Part shown: positions 62,658 through 64,000 of the stretch, in pieces
Position numbering within the stretch: the first letter of the stretch is position 1
Layout: each line of letters opens with the position of its first letter
Assembly (NCBI GenBank): GCA_963726245.1
Contig: CAVSBT010000019.1
Location: 85,855 to 149,854 of the forward strand
Direction: 5' to 3'
Length of the DNA stretch: 64,000 nucleotides
Source: an uncultured Chloroflexia bacterium
GTDB taxonomy: Bacteria; Chloroflexota; Dehalococcoidia; DSTF01; JALHUB01
Made by a program: the position numbers and the translations under genes
Notes under the pieces: model-generated
Database searches by the model: none
What the model saw: the letters and a program-made list of their open reading frames with translations, nothing else
What the model was told of the DNA's origin: nothing

Positions 62658-64000
<1,343 letters not shown>

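Overview
GC-rich bacterial chromosomal window, most consistent with Chloroflexota (Dehalococcoidia-like); this assignment is inferred from gene types and small-protein repertoire. About 20 genes, including essential ones (plsX, glyA, mnmA, tsaB, gyrA), are split by single-base indels, most likely uncorrected long-read errors. Left third: plsX, a methyltransferase, an M20 peptidase, an aldehyde:ferredoxin oxidoreductase, glyA, a pair of family III CoA-transferases, lgt, an M23 lipoprotein, an amidohydrolase, two tandem desulforedoxin-like microproteins, mnmA, and a giant PAS/GAF kinase fused to receiver and OmpR-type DNA-binding domains. Middle: rsfS, ndk, tsaB, tsaE, thiL, an adenylate cyclase-STAND NTPase, lon, hsp20, gyrA (long basic tail), a decayed AT-richer toxin-antitoxin islet, an ABC-2 exporter and tRNA-Pro(CGG). 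Right: a ~17 kb glycosylation locus (GT4 x3, GT2, flippase, PglC/E/F-like, WbpABDEI-like) built around a secreted four-repeat protein with its own promoter, then a PDZ protein, an M28 peptidase and cimA. Best novel candidate: an apparently complete leader-peptide attenuator upstream of glyA (promoter, Ser/Gly-containing 18-aa uORF, antiterminator, terminator). Other highlights: short palindromic repeats that appear to insert in-frame into genes, a PglF homologue lacking its catalytic Asp/Lys, and the kinase-regulator fusion.
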